Positions 1-9,494 of a DNA stretch of 64,000 nucleotides are shown piece by piece. Below the pieces are notes generated by a model that saw nothing but the letters and a program-made list of their open reading frames with translations, had not been told where the DNA came from and searched no databases. The stretch is from an uncultured delta proteobacterium (GTDB lineage Bacteria; Myxococcota_A; Polyangia; Fen-1088), in contig CAWCMR010000025.1 of assembly GCA_963796685.1 (NCBI GenBank), positions 864,001 through 928,000 on the forward strand, given 5' to 3'. How positions within the stretch are numbered: position 1 is the first letter of the stretch; every line of letters begins with the position of its first letter. A program made the position numbers and the translations under genes.

Positions 1-1
1 C

Positions 2-370
2 ATGGAAGAGGCCGAACGTCTTTGCGACCGCGTGGCCATCGTCGATCAGGGCAAGCTGGTCCGGCTGGGCACGCCAGCCGACCTGATCGCCGCGCTGCCG
101 GGCGGCCACGTCGTGGAGCTCGAGCTCGAAAAGGCCACCGCCGCCGGATTGGAGGCCGTGGAGCTGTGCGGCCTACCGTCGGTCGCGGGGGCGCACCTGA
201 CCGCCGAGGGCGTGTGGTCGCTGGCGGTGCGCGAACCCGAGCACGCGGTGGCCGCGGTGCTGGCCCTGGTCGAGCGCAAGGGCTGCACGCTGGCTCGCCT
301 GGGCACGCGCAAGGCCTCGCTCGAGGATGTCTTCGTGGCGCTCACGGGGAGGCATTTGCGTGACGGCTGA
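2..370 (+). CDS. ABC transporter ATP-binding protein, C-terminal part (5' truncated by window)
   Basis: MEEAERLCDRVAIVDQGKLV...SLEDVFVALTG is the typical C-terminus of ABC-2/DrrA-type ATPases; permease follows. Confidence 0.9.
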   Translation: MEEAERLCDRVAIVDQGKLVRLGTPADLIAALPGGHVVELELEKATAAGLEAVELCGLPSVAGAHLTAEGVWSLAVREPEHAVAAVLALVERKGCTLARLGTRKASLEDVFVALTGRHLRDG

Positions 371-1454
371 TTCGCGGCAAGGACGGTCGAATCCATCCGA
401 TTTCCCCGATTCGCCCGATTCCCCCAATCCGATCATGCAGCTCACGCTGATGCGGCTGCGCGAGATCGGTCGCGAGCCGGGGGTCCTATTCTGGGCCTTC
501 GGCTTTCCCGTGGTGTTGTCCCTGGCGCTGGGGATCGCCTTTCGCGCGCGCGGGCCCGAGCCGGTGGTGGTGGCGGCCTTGCCCGGGCTCTCCGCGCAGG
601 TCGCGCGCGTTCTGACCGACGCCAAGGTCAAGGTCAAGGCGCTCGACGCCCCCGCGGCCGAAGCCGAGCTGCGTGCCGGACGCGTGAGCTTGATTCTGGC
701 GCCACCGGCAACGCCCGGCCTTGCGCTGGTCTATCGCTTCGATCCGTCGCGCGCCGAGGGCCGCACCGCGCGCTCGGCGGTGAACCAGATCCTCCAGCGC
801 GCGGCCGGACAGACCGAGCCACGCCTGGTGCGCGACGAGGAGGTGCGCGCGCCCGGCTCGCGCTACATCGATTTTCTGATCCCCGGCCTCATCGCCATGA
901 ACCTCATGTCGGGGTCGATGTGGGGCGTGGCCTGGGTGGTGGTGCACATGCGCGTGCGCAAGCTGCTCAAACGCCTGCTGGCCGCGCCCATGCGGCGGCG
1001 CCACTTGATGTACTCGCTCGGCCTGGCCCGCCTGGTGATCATCCCCCTCGAGCTGCTCGTGATCCTGGTCTTTTCGCGCATCTTCTTTTCCGTGCAGGTG
1101 GCGGGATCGTATCTCGCGCTCCTGGCCGTGGCGTTCGGCGGCAGCGCATGCTTTGCCGCCATGGCCATCGCGGTCGCCAGCCGGGCGCAGAACACCGAAA
1201 CCGTCAGCGGCCTCATGAACCTGATCATGATGCCCATGTTCATCGCCTCGGGCGTGTTCTTCGCCTCCAGCAATTTTCCCGAGTCCATCCAGCCGGTCAT
1301 TCGCCTGCTGCCGCTCACCGCCATGTGCGACGGCCTGCGCGCGGTCATGATCGACGGCGCCGGGCTCGGCGGCGTGCTGCCTTCGCTGCTCATCCTCGCG
1401 CTGTGGGGCGTGCCCTCGTTCGCGGTGGGGCTGCGCTACTTCCGCTGGAATTGA
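360..1454 (+). CDS. ABC-2 type transporter permease
   Basis: REPGVLFWAFGFP, RYIDFLIPGL, multiple TM helices, LLPLT motif; start uncertain (GTG 360 or ATG 435). Confidence 0.88.
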   Translation: MTADSRQGRSNPSDFPDSPDSPNPIMQLTLMRLREIGREPGVLFWAFGFPVVLSLALGIAFRARGPEPVVVAALPGLSAQVARVLTDAKVKVKALDAPAAEAELRAGRVSLILAPPATPGLALVYRFDPSRAEGRTARSAVNQILQRAAGQTEPRLVRDEEVRAPGSRYIDFLIPGLIAMNLMSGSMWGVAWVVVHMRVRKLLKRLLAAPMRRRHLMYSLGLARLVIIPLELLVILVFSRIFFSVQVAGSYLALLAVAFGGSACFAAMAIAVASRAQNTETVSGLMNLIMMPMFIASGVFFASSNFPESIQPVIRLLPLTAMCDGLRAVMIDGAGLGGVLPSLLILALWGVPSFAVGLRYFRWN

Positions 1455-1524
1455 GCCTCGTTTTTCGAGTGACACGCGGCGGCCGTTCCCGCAAGATCGC
1501 CCGAGCTTCCAAAGGCAAATCAAC

Positions 1525-2499
1525 ATGACCACCAAGCTGGGCACTTCCTTTCTCGGGACCTTGTTGCTTCTTTCCGCCGCCCTCACGTCCGCGGCCAGCG
1601 CAAAGAGCGCCGCGGCCCCGGCCGCCGTCCCGGAGGAAGAGACACCAGGCGCGGCGGACGACCGGTCCGCGGCCCAAGAGAGCGAGGCCTCCAAGTTTCT
1701 GAACAGCCTGGAGTGGACCGTGGGCCCGGGCAAAGGGAAGGTCGGCAACCTGGCCGAGATCGACGTACCCGAGGGAACGCGCTTCACCGGCGCTGCCGGC
1801 ACACGCAAGATGCTCGAGATGATGCACAACCCGACGGGCGGCGGCGAGCTCGGTCTTCTCACCAACAACGAGCTCGACTGGTTCGTCATTTTCGAGTTCG
1901 AGGACATCGGCTACGTCAAGGACGCGGACAAGGACAAGCTGGACGGTCAGGCGATCCTCACATCCCTGCGCGAGGGCAACGAGGCGAGCAACGAAGAGCG
2001 CAAGAAGCGCGGCTGGGCCCCCATCACCATCGTCGGCTGGCACACGGCCCCCTTCTACAACAAGGACACCCACAACCTCGAATGGTGCATCAAGGGCGCG
2101 TCCGAGGGCCACGAAATCGTGAACTACAACACGCGCATCCTGGGCCGCGGCGGCGTGATGAGCGCGAACCTGCTGGTGGCCCCGGAGCAGCTCGACACCA
2201 CCTTGCCGAGCATCAAGACCATCCTCAAGGGCTTCGCCTACATCGAGGGACAGAAGTACTCGGAGTGGAAGTCGGGCGACAAGATCGCCAAGTACGGCCT
2301 GTCGGCCCTAGTCGTAGGCGGCGCCGTCGGCGTGGCCGCCAAGCTCGGCTTCCTGGGCAAGCTGGCGGGCGTGCTGGGCAAGCTGTGGAAGCTCGTCATC
2401 GTCGGTATTGCCGCCCTGGGCGCCGGCCTCAAGGGCCTGCTCTTCGGCAAGAAGAAAGAGAAGGCGCCACCGGTCGAGCCGGCCGGCAAAGAAGAGTAA
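1525..2499 (+). CDS. DUF2167 domain membrane-anchored protein
   Basis: Signal peptide; GYVKD..D, VGWHTAPFYN, VNYNTRILGRGGV, GDKIAKYGLSALVVGG motifs. Confidence 0.85.
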   Translation: MTTKLGTSFLGTLLLLSAALTSAASAKSAAAPAAVPEEETPGAADDRSAAQESEASKFLNSLEWTVGPGKGKVGNLAEIDVPEGTRFTGAAGTRKMLEMMHNPTGGGELGLLTNNELDWFVIFEFEDIGYVKDADKDKLDGQAILTSLREGNEASNEERKKRGWAPITIVGWHTAPFYNKDTHNLEWCIKGASEGHEIVNYNTRILGRGGVMSANLLVAPEQLDTTLPSIKTILKGFAYIEGQKYSEWKSGDKIAKYGLSALVVGGAVGVAAKLGFLGKLAGVLGKLWKLVIVGIAALGAGLKGLLFGKKKEKAPPVEPAGKEE

Positions 2500-2546
2500 C
2501 CGGGCATCCCCGCGGCGATCGTGATGGCGATAGGTAGGGCCGACGA

Positions 2547-3686
2547 TTGAGCGAGCTCACCGAGCTTTACGTCCTTTTCGTGGTCCTGTACCTCTTCGAG
2601 TGCTTGGCCTGGGTTCCACGCCGAACCGTGGGATTCTTCGCGCTCGGGAGAATCTGGCGGGGACGGTCCGCTTTCCGTCCCAACGCCGGCTGGTCCACGT
2701 CGGTGGTGTTCGGCATGCCTTGGCCTCCGCTCTCCCCTCCCTGGCTGGCCGAGCCTCTGCCCGTGGCCATCAATCCTTCCGGGATTGCGCTCATCGAATC
2801 GGACGGACGTCGGCTGGCCTGGGAAGAGCTCGGCCGGGTGTCGGCGCACGGACATCGGGTGGAAAGCGGCGAGCTGTCGCTTGCCACGATGGCCTCGCGC
2901 AAGGGCGCGTCTGCCCTGGCCGAGGCTCTCGAAAAGGCGCGGACCTTGCACCCGAAGCAGCGTGAGACCCATCTGCGCAAGCTCCTCGATGCCCGTTTCG
3001 ACGTGGCGGCTCCCCTTGACCGGTTGAAGGAGTTTCGCGCGAACGTCCGCGTCCTGCGCGTGTGCTCCAACGCGCTTTGGCTTTCCCTGTTCGGTGGACT
3101 GGGCGTGGCGGTGTTCACGCGTAGCACCCTGGTGCTGTTGGCCGCGGCCGCCGCGTCCTTGCTGCTCTGGCCGGTGAGCTCCGTCGTCTTCTTCCTGACC
3201 CTGCGCAAGTCGTCCTGGCTGGCACGCGAGCACAGGCCCGATCTGTCCAAGCGCCTGGTGGCCTTGCTCTCCCCCATTTCCGGGGTGCGCGGCGTGGACA
3301 TGTTGGCCCGCGAGGTGTGGGCCAATCTGGATCCCATGACGGTGGCCGCCGCCTTGCTTTCGTCAGACGCTCTGCCGAGGTTCGCGCGCCCGTTCCTGGT
3401 GGCGATGCGCGCTCGCGAGAACGACCGACTTTCTTGGTGGCACGCGGAAACCCGCCAGCGCATGGAGCGCGTGCTCGCCCACAGGAACGTCGACCTGGAG
3501 GCTTTGCTGGCCCCGCCCGCTCGCGAGAGCACGCGCGCGACAGCCTATTGCCCCTCGTGCCTGGCCCAATTCGAGACCGGGAAAGGACCCGGCGAGAGCT
3601 GCCCCAACGAGAGTTGCAGCGATGTTCCCTTACGCGCCTTTGACCTGAAAACACCCCACCCCGCGCAGCAGGGAGAGGTCCCGTGA
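2547..3686 (+). CDS. Hypothetical membrane protein with C-terminal Cys cluster (possible Zn ribbon)
   Basis: TTG start, hydrophobic segments, YCPSC...CPNESC; 4-nt overlap with next gene. Confidence 0.7.
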   Translation: MSELTELYVLFVVLYLFECLAWVPRRTVGFFALGRIWRGRSAFRPNAGWSTSVVFGMPWPPLSPPWLAEPLPVAINPSGIALIESDGRRLAWEELGRVSAHGHRVESGELSLATMASRKGASALAEALEKARTLHPKQRETHLRKLLDARFDVAAPLDRLKEFRANVRVLRVCSNALWLSLFGGLGVAVFTRSTLVLLAAAAASLLLWPVSSVVFFLTLRKSSWLAREHRPDLSKRLVALLSPISGVRGVDMLAREVWANLDPMTVAAALLSSDALPRFARPFLVAMRARENDRLSWWHAETRQRMERVLAHRNVDLEALLAPPARESTRATAYCPSCLAQFETGKGPGESCPNESCSDVPLRAFDLKTPHPAQQGEVP

Positions 3687-4483
3687 CCGACCCAGAGACC
3701 CCGTCAGTGAATCCTCCACCGAAACGCGGCAACGGCTCGCTATTCGCGGCCTTCGGGGCCGTGGTCGTGGCCATCTTGGCCAAGTCGAAGGGCCTCCTGC
3801 TGGCGCTCAAGGGGCTGAGCGCGGGCAAGCTGCTGCTGACCGTCGGATCCATGCTGGCCATGGTCGCCTTCGAAGCGCAGCGATCGGGCTGGCTCTTCGG
3901 TCTCGGCTTCGTGGCGATGATCCTCATCCACGAGCTGGGCCATGGGTATGCCATCAAACGCGAGGGGCTTTCGGCCGGCTATCCGATCTTCATTCCCTTC
4001 ATTGGCGCCATGATCGCCCTGCGCGGCCAGCCGCGCAATTCCCTGGTGGAGGCGCGCATCGCCATCGCCGGGCCCATGGCAGGGACCCTGGCCGCACTCG
4101 GGGCCACCACCTTGTTCTTGACGACGGACGGGCGGATGTACCTGGCCGTCGCCTACGCCGGATTCTTCCTGAACCTCTTCAACCTGGTGCCCATGTCGCC
4201 TCTCGACGGCGGGCGTGTGGCCCGGATGTTTTCCCGCCGCATGTGGATCCTCGGGTTGCTCCTGTTGGCCGGCCTCTTCGCCCTGCACCCGAGCCCGCAA
4301 CTCGGCATCATCGGGGTCTTCGCCCTCATTCACTCCTTGTCCAGGCGAGCGGCCCCGGCCGGTCCCGACGAGTCCCAGGTGACCCCGAGGGATCGCGCTC
4401 GCATGGCCATGAGCTACTTCGGCCTCGCGGCCTTTCTGACCATGGGCATGCTGTTTGCCGGGAAGCTACTGGGCCAGGGCTAG
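3683..4483 (+). CDS. Site-2 protease family (M50) intramembrane metalloprotease
   Basis: HELGH zinc motif, AIAGP, FNLVPMSPLDGG (NxxPxxxLDG). Confidence 0.92.
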   Translation: MTDPETPSVNPPPKRGNGSLFAAFGAVVVAILAKSKGLLLALKGLSAGKLLLTVGSMLAMVAFEAQRSGWLFGLGFVAMILIHELGHGYAIKREGLSAGYPIFIPFIGAMIALRGQPRNSLVEARIAIAGPMAGTLAALGATTLFLTTDGRMYLAVAYAGFFLNLFNLVPMSPLDGGRVARMFSRRMWILGLLLLAGLFALHPSPQLGIIGVFALIHSLSRRAAPAGPDESQVTPRDRARMAMSYFGLAAFLTMGMLFAGKLLGQG

Positions 4484-4519
4484 CGTGAGTCGACCCAGCA
4501 ACCTCGCGCTCGATAAATT

Positions 4520-4580
4520 GGCCCTCCGTACTCAGCAGGCTCTCTTCCGTGGACCAAACGGATGCCAAGTACGGAGGGCC
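4520..4580. other. Intergenic stem-loop between convergent genes (terminator or small structured element)
   Basis: 13-bp perfect inverted repeat GGCCCTCCGTACT (4520-4532) / AGTACGGAGGGCC (4568-4580) with inner TCCGT/ACGGA hairpin. Confidence 0.5.
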
Positions 4581-4651
4581 CCCCACTTCCACCTAGTTAC
4601 TGCTTACAGGAGAAACCCCTTTCGAATCGTCGCAATCGAGACAAAGAAACC

Positions 4652-5638
4652 TCAGCCAAGACCAAGAAGACCTTCGACATATTGACTTGCCGAGAACCCC
4701 CAAGGGTCGTTGGGATTGATTCGCGCAAGCTTTCCGCGGAAATCTTCGACGTTCTTGTAGCCGTGGGTGTCCATCCAGCCGCCAAGATCGGTCAGCATCT
4801 TGCCGATGACGGCGGGCCTTTCACGAATGATGACGCCCACGACCTGGGTGGCGCGAGCCCCCGCGAGAAGCATCTTGGCCACGTCGCGCCCGCTGCTGAT
4901 GCCGGTGCTGGCCGCGATGCCCGAGCGGATGCGATTGGCGAGCAAGGCTACCCAGCGCAGCGGCAGAAGAGAATCGCGCGACTCGGTTTCCTGGTAGCGC
5001 GCCCTCTTGGTCTCGGCGTCCACGTCGATGTCGGGCTGGAACAATCGGTTGAACATCACGAAGCCGTCGGCGCCCGCCTCCTCGAACCTGGACACGACAT
5101 TGAGCAGGTTGGTGTAGAACGGATGCAGCTTCACGCCGATGGGGACGCGGACGGCATTGCGAACCTGGTTCAGGATCTCCAGCTCGCGACTTTCGATGTC
5201 GGCCGCGGTCGTGGCAAGATCGTTGACCGGCGAGTAGAGGTTGAGCTCGATGCCGTCGATGCCCGCGCCCTCCAAGGCCTTGGCGTACTCGGCCCACTGG
5301 ATCTTGGTCACGCAATTGATGCTCGCGATGAGCGGAATCTTGACCGCCTTGCGCGCCTCCGAAACCCAGTACACGTGCGTACGCGTCCCTGCGTGCTCCA
5401 AGTGGGGAAACATCGAGGTCGCTTCCGCCGAGGTGTCATCGTGCTCGGCCAAGTCGCGCTCGAAGGCCTCGGCATCGATGCGAACCTGCTCTTCGAACAG
5501 GGACTTGAGCACCACCGCGGAAGCCCCGGCGGCCTCCATGGCCTTGATGGCGTCCACGCGAGTCGAGAGCGGAGAGGAGCCGACGATGATGGGATTCCGA
5601 AGCGGAATTCCCATGTAGCTCGTTCGTAGATCGGACAT
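4652..5638 (-). CDS. Dihydroorotate dehydrogenase-like FMN protein
   Basis: LRNPIIVGSSPL, VLKSLFEEQ, FNRLFQPDID, LRWVALL, KMLLAGA; RBS AGGGAGG. Confidence 0.9.
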   Translation of the reverse strand: MSDLRTSYMGIPLRNPIIVGSSPLSTRVDAIKAMEAAGASAVVLKSLFEEQVRIDAEAFERDLAEHDDTSAEATSMFPHLEHAGTRTHVYWVSEARKAVKIPLIASINCVTKIQWAEYAKALEGAGIDGIELNLYSPVNDLATTAADIESRELEILNQVRNAVRVPIGVKLHPFYTNLLNVVSRFEEAGADGFVMFNRLFQPDIDVDAETKRARYQETESRDSLLPLRWVALLANRIRSGIAASTGISSGRDVAKMLLAGARATQVVGVIIRERPAVIGKMLTDLGGWMDTHGYKNVEDFRGKLARINPNDPWGFSASQYVEGLLGLG

Positions 5639-5655
5639 GCTGACCTCCCTTTTTT

Positions 5656-5678
5656 AATGGGACCAACTCGGTCCCATT
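5656..5678. promoter_or_regulatory. Palindromic operator (GAC-N7-GTC, Rrf2-like) upstream of the DHODH-like gene
   Basis: AATGGGACC-AACTC-GGTCCCATT, perfect 9-bp arms ~18 bp upstream of the ATG. Confidence 0.45.
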
Positions 5679-5790
5679 TGGTCCGGGAAAAGGATCCCAG
5701 CTAAGCTTGCCTATGGGATGCTGCACGACCGGAAGGGGTGACAAAAAAAGATGAGAGAGTCGCAGCCCTTCGAGGGGTTCTGGCGGAACC

Positions 5791-7917
5791 GTGTCATCGA
5801 TACTAGGATGGTCGTCCTTGTCCTCCCCGCCATCTCGACCTTCGTCGCTACACCGCCATTCGGTGCAGATTGTCGCTACCGCGGGGATCTCGGCCGTGTG
5901 CTCGATGGGGGCCATAGGCCTGCTACGCCCTTGCGCCTTGCCGGCGACGCTCTCGCTGCTCTTGTGGTTGGCCAGCGGGCTTTGCGTGGGCATTCTGGAG
6001 GTTCTCTTCATCGTGGTGGCGCGCAAGGCCGCGGCGTGGCCGACGCGCCTTTTGCGGCCACGCTTTCCACGCCTGGCGGATTGGGCGCTCCCGGCGGTCG
6101 TCGGTCTCGCCGCGCTGCCAGCCTTCCTGGCCCTGGGGCGGGCGATGTTTTCCGGCCCTGGCGTCCGGCAGTGGTGGCTGGCCCCGGCCGGCCCGAGCTT
6201 GGTGACGGTCTTGGGCACCGCGGCGGTCTTGGTTGCCGCGCGGCTGCTCATCGCCTTCCGGTCGAGAACCCCTCGGACGCGCGTAGTCGGCGCCGGTGTG
6301 GGACTGCTCGTGGCTATCTCGGCTCTCGGCGCCGGCGCGCGGATCATCCCGCTCAACTACGGCTATCTTTGGGATGCGGCGATAGGGGTGTCGTTCGTGT
6401 CCTTCCAGGTCGCGATCCACCTGGCGTGGCCGCGACCGCGGTTCCTCGATGGCAGCGCCCTCGCAGCCGCGACGCTGCTGGCGGTGACCGCTGCGGCTGT
6501 CCTGGGAGCGCTGCGCTGGCCGGTGCCGTCGGGCGCGACGGCGGCCTTGCACGACGACGATCACCCCACCGGTCGCTTGGCGTCGCACTGGAGGTGGGCC
6601 ATCGACATGGACGGCGACGGCGCCTCTCCCATCCTTGGCGGGGGTGACTGCAACGACTTCGACGACAAGATCAACCCTCTGGCCATCGAGATCCCGGCCG
6701 ACGGAATCGATCAGGACTGCGATGGATCGGACTTGACCATCGCCCAGGCGCAAGATCGCTACGCTTACTGGAGCAAGCGCCCTTGGGCCCGCCAAGCCGC
6801 GGCTGACGGGGCTGCCGACGCTGCCACCTCCCGTGCCTCGATCGTGCTGCTGACCGTCGACGCCTTACGGGCGGACTATGCACGTCCGACGACCGCCGAG
6901 CTGGAGGGCCTCTGGCGAGACAGCGTGAGATTCTCGCACGCCTACGCACCCGCTTCTTCCACGCGGCTGTCCTTGCCGATCATGGCTACCTCGCGATTGG
7001 AGCCGAGCGGGAAACATTTCGCGCCGACCCTCGCGGCGCGGCTGCGCGCCAAAGGGTACCGCACCGACTTCGCCGCGGTGGCCTCGCCCGTCGAGTTCAT
7101 GGCAGAGAGCCGTCTCGAATTTCATCCGCCTTTCAATCTTCAACAAGGCTTCGACCGCGTGCAGCTGTCACGGCGGCAGGGCAAGGTGGCCGACTGGCCG
7201 GCCCTTGACGCCGAGACGGTGGACCATGCGCTCGCCATGGTTCGCGACCTATCGAGCGCGCCCGAGCCCTTCTTCCTCTGGGTCCACCTCTTCGCTCCCC
7301 ACCAGTGGGAGCGCGCCGTCGAGCCGCGTGAAGGGGAATCGGCCGAGTCGCGCTACCGCCGCACGGTCACACAGACCCTGGACGAAGCGAGCCGGTTGCT
7401 CGCCGGGGTGGACGCGGTATCGCAGGCGCGGCCGGTGATTGTGTTGTTCAGCGCCGATCATGGCGAAGCCCTCGGCGAGCGCGGGCTGCTCCACCACACT
7501 CGTTTTCTCTACGACTTCTTGGTCCGCATCCCGTTGCTCATCCGGGCGCGGGGCGTGGCCCCGATGGTCATCGACGTGCCGGTCTCCCTGCTCGATGTGG
7601 TCCCCACGCTGCTCGAGCTGTCGGGGAACGGGCTGTGCACCGATTGCTCGGGCGACTCGCTGGTCCCGCTTTGGGCGTCCAAGGCACCGGTTGCCAGCCG
7701 GGCGTTGCTTCTACGCGACAACGATCAAGTGGCGTTGATTCGCGACGGTTGGAAGTTGCTCTTTATGCCCCGTGCCAACCTGGTCGAGCTCTACCCGCTC
7801 GATGAGGAGCAGCCCCAAGCTGAGGCTGCCGCTGCCCATCCCGAGGTTGCACGGGAGATGCTGGGGCTGCTTCGCGCCTCGCCGCTACGCCGATTTCATC
7901 CCCTGCTCCCGAACTGA
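5791..7917 (+). CDS. Membrane-anchored sulfatase/alkaline-phosphatase superfamily hydrolase-transferase with Asp/Cys metal-binding motif
   Basis: N-terminal TM helices; DGDGASPILGGGDCND...DGIDQDCDGSD; LLTVDALRAD, FLWVHLFAPH, SADHGEALGE, RIPLLI; start uncertain. Confidence 0.8.
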   Translation: MSSILGWSSLSSPPSRPSSLHRHSVQIVATAGISAVCSMGAIGLLRPCALPATLSLLLWLASGLCVGILEVLFIVVARKAAAWPTRLLRPRFPRLADWALPAVVGLAALPAFLALGRAMFSGPGVRQWWLAPAGPSLVTVLGTAAVLVAARLLIAFRSRTPRTRVVGAGVGLLVAISALGAGARIIPLNYGYLWDAAIGVSFVSFQVAIHLAWPRPRFLDGSALAAATLLAVTAAAVLGALRWPVPSGATAALHDDDHPTGRLASHWRWAIDMDGDGASPILGGGDCNDFDDKINPLAIEIPADGIDQDCDGSDLTIAQAQDRYAYWSKRPWARQAAADGAADAATSRASIVLLTVDALRADYARPTTAELEGLWRDSVRFSHAYAPASSTRLSLPIMATSRLEPSGKHFAPTLAARLRAKGYRTDFAAVASPVEFMAESRLEFHPPFNLQQGFDRVQLSRRQGKVADWPALDAETVDHALAMVRDLSSAPEPFFLWVHLFAPHQWERAVEPREGESAESRYRRTVTQTLDEASRLLAGVDAVSQARPVIVLFSADHGEALGERGLLHHTRFLYDFLVRIPLLIRARGVAPMVIDVPVSLLDVVPTLLELSGNGLCTDCSGDSLVPLWASKAPVASRALLLRDNDQVALIRDGWKLLFMPRANLVELYPLDEEQPQAEAAAAHPEVAREMLGLLRASPLRRFHPLLPN

Positions 7918-7936
7918 CTCCCCATCCGACACGTCT

Positions 7937-8866
7937 TCAGACCTCGGCACCGGTCAGGGACTGCAGGCGGGTCTGCGCCGCTTGCGACCAAGGGCTCTCG
8001 GCGGATTCCAGGCCGAGATAGCGGCGCAAGTGGTCGGCGGCCTGGCGCTTGCCGCCGAGCTTTTCGAGCACGGTGGCCAGGTTGTAGTGGGCGTCGGCGA
8101 ACCAAGGGCTTTGCTGCACGACCCGGCGCAGCTCCGAGGCGGCGCGATCCATCTCGCCTTGTTGGTAGAGAATACCGGCCAGGTTGTAGCGAGCCTCGGC
8201 TTGTTCGGGATCGAGGGAGAGCGCGGCTTCGAATTCGATACGAGCCAACGAGATGTCGCCCTTGCGATACGCCAAGCCGCCCAGGTTGGTGTGGGCGGCG
8301 GCAAGCCCCGGATCGCTTTCCAGCGCTTTGCGATAGCAGGCCTCGGCCGCGTCGGCCGCATCCGGCAGGGCTTCCTTGTCGAGGCCGCGCGAGAACCAGT
8401 CGTAGGCACCCGTAGGGGGAGAGGGCTCGGCCGCCGCTTCATCGGACGTGACGGACGCACCCGACAGCGCCCAAACCTCGGCTGCGCGATCCGCCAGATC
8501 GGACAATCCGAAATCGAAACGCCGCTGACCGGAGATCTCGAAGGTGACGCCGTCTTCGACCAGGGCCAACACGTTTCCGTCCCAGGCCACGCGCAGCTTG
8601 TCGAGTGGGCGATTCACCGAGGGCAACTTGCTGCGCACCTGCTCCAGCGCCTTGCGAATGGTAGCCGGCTGGAAACCGCGTTCGACCAGCTCCTTGGCCG
8701 CCCGCACGCTGACCAAGTCTTGAAACGAGTAGACCTGCCGGCCGCCTCGCCGCAGCGACGGGCCGACGAAGCCCGACTGCGACCAGTAGCGCAGCTTGGG
8801 CTCGGCCACGCCTAGGATCCTCGCAGCCGCGCTGAAGGTGTATTCGCGTTCGACGGCGGTGGTCAT
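7937..8866 (-). CDS. MerR-type HTH + TPR repeat protein
   Basis: AARILGV..PKLRYWSQSGFVGPS...YSFQDLV wHTH followed by TPRs (AAHTNLG, ARYNLA, AHYNLA). Confidence 0.85.
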   Translation of the reverse strand: MTTAVEREYTFSAAARILGVAEPKLRYWSQSGFVGPSLRRGGRQVYSFQDLVSVRAAKELVERGFQPATIRKALEQVRSKLPSVNRPLDKLRVAWDGNVLALVEDGVTFEISGQRRFDFGLSDLADRAAEVWALSGASVTSDEAAAEPSPPTGAYDWFSRGLDKEALPDAADAAEACYRKALESDPGLAAAHTNLGGLAYRKGDISLARIEFEAALSLDPEQAEARYNLAGILYQQGEMDRAASELRRVVQQSPWFADAHYNLATVLEKLGGKRQAADHLRRYLGLESAESPWSQAAQTRLQSLTGAEV

Positions 8867-9348
8867 GTCAGGACGGCCTCCACGTCGATGTCCAGGTAGA
8901 CGCGCGTGCCGCGCGCGCGGATCCGGGTTTCGCCCCGGACCGACTTGGGCTTTTCGTGCGTGAGGCGCTCGACCTCGCGACGGACGATGAGCTGCGCCCT
9001 GGCGTCAAGGGTGGGCTCGTCGGCCAGCAAGGCCGCCATGCGCCTCGCCGTATCCTCGTCGGCGGGCTCGCGCAGGATTTCACCCAGGGACGAGACGTCG
9101 AACGTCAACATGGTCGAGCCGACGAAGGCCACCTTGCCCAGGGCAGCGCTGCGCTCCCCCTCGGAGATGACCTCCGAGCGGGCGAAGACCGCGTCGAGAG
9201 CGGCTTGTGAAAGGTACTCGCGCACCTCGCGCTCGATGAGGGCGATGCGCCGAACTTGAACCATGGGCCGCATCTCATAGGGCGCGGCCACGCGCCTCTC
9301 GACCGCCGGGATGGTGGGAGCGGGCTCGATGGCGGGTTCGTCAGGCAT
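8863..9348 (-). CDS. Hypothetical protein
   Basis: Coding-like GC3; ATGA-type overlap with the MerR-TPR gene. Confidence 0.7.
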   Translation of the reverse strand: MPDEPAIEPAPTIPAVERRVAAPYEMRPMVQVRRIALIEREVREYLSQAALDAVFARSEVISEGERSAALGKVAFVGSTMLTFDVSSLGEILREPADEDTARRMAALLADEPTLDARAQLIVRREVERLTHEKPKSVRGETRIRARGTRVYLDIDVEAVLT

Positions 9349-9366
9349 GATGATTCTCAGGCGACA

Positions 9367-9418
9367 ATGTGATCCCATGTGATGAGATGTAGGATATCAA
9401 GACCTGACGGCTTGGCAA
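9367..9418 (-). promoter_or_regulatory. Putative sigma70 promoter with three 10-bp-phased direct repeats
   Basis: Minus strand TTGCCA-N16-TATCCT with TG extended -10; ATGT(GA) repeats on + at 9367, 9377, 9387. Confidence 0.45.
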
Positions 9419-9494
9419 GAAAGCGAGGTGTTGCGGTGGCGGGCCGACTCGTTTTCCCGCCTGGTGATAGGGTTCACCCGACGGCCATCTTGCC

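Noticed and set aside
396-433. 9-bp CCGATT-containing micro-repeat
   Set aside because: Short low-complexity stretch at the permease N-terminus (PDSPDSP); no further significance evident
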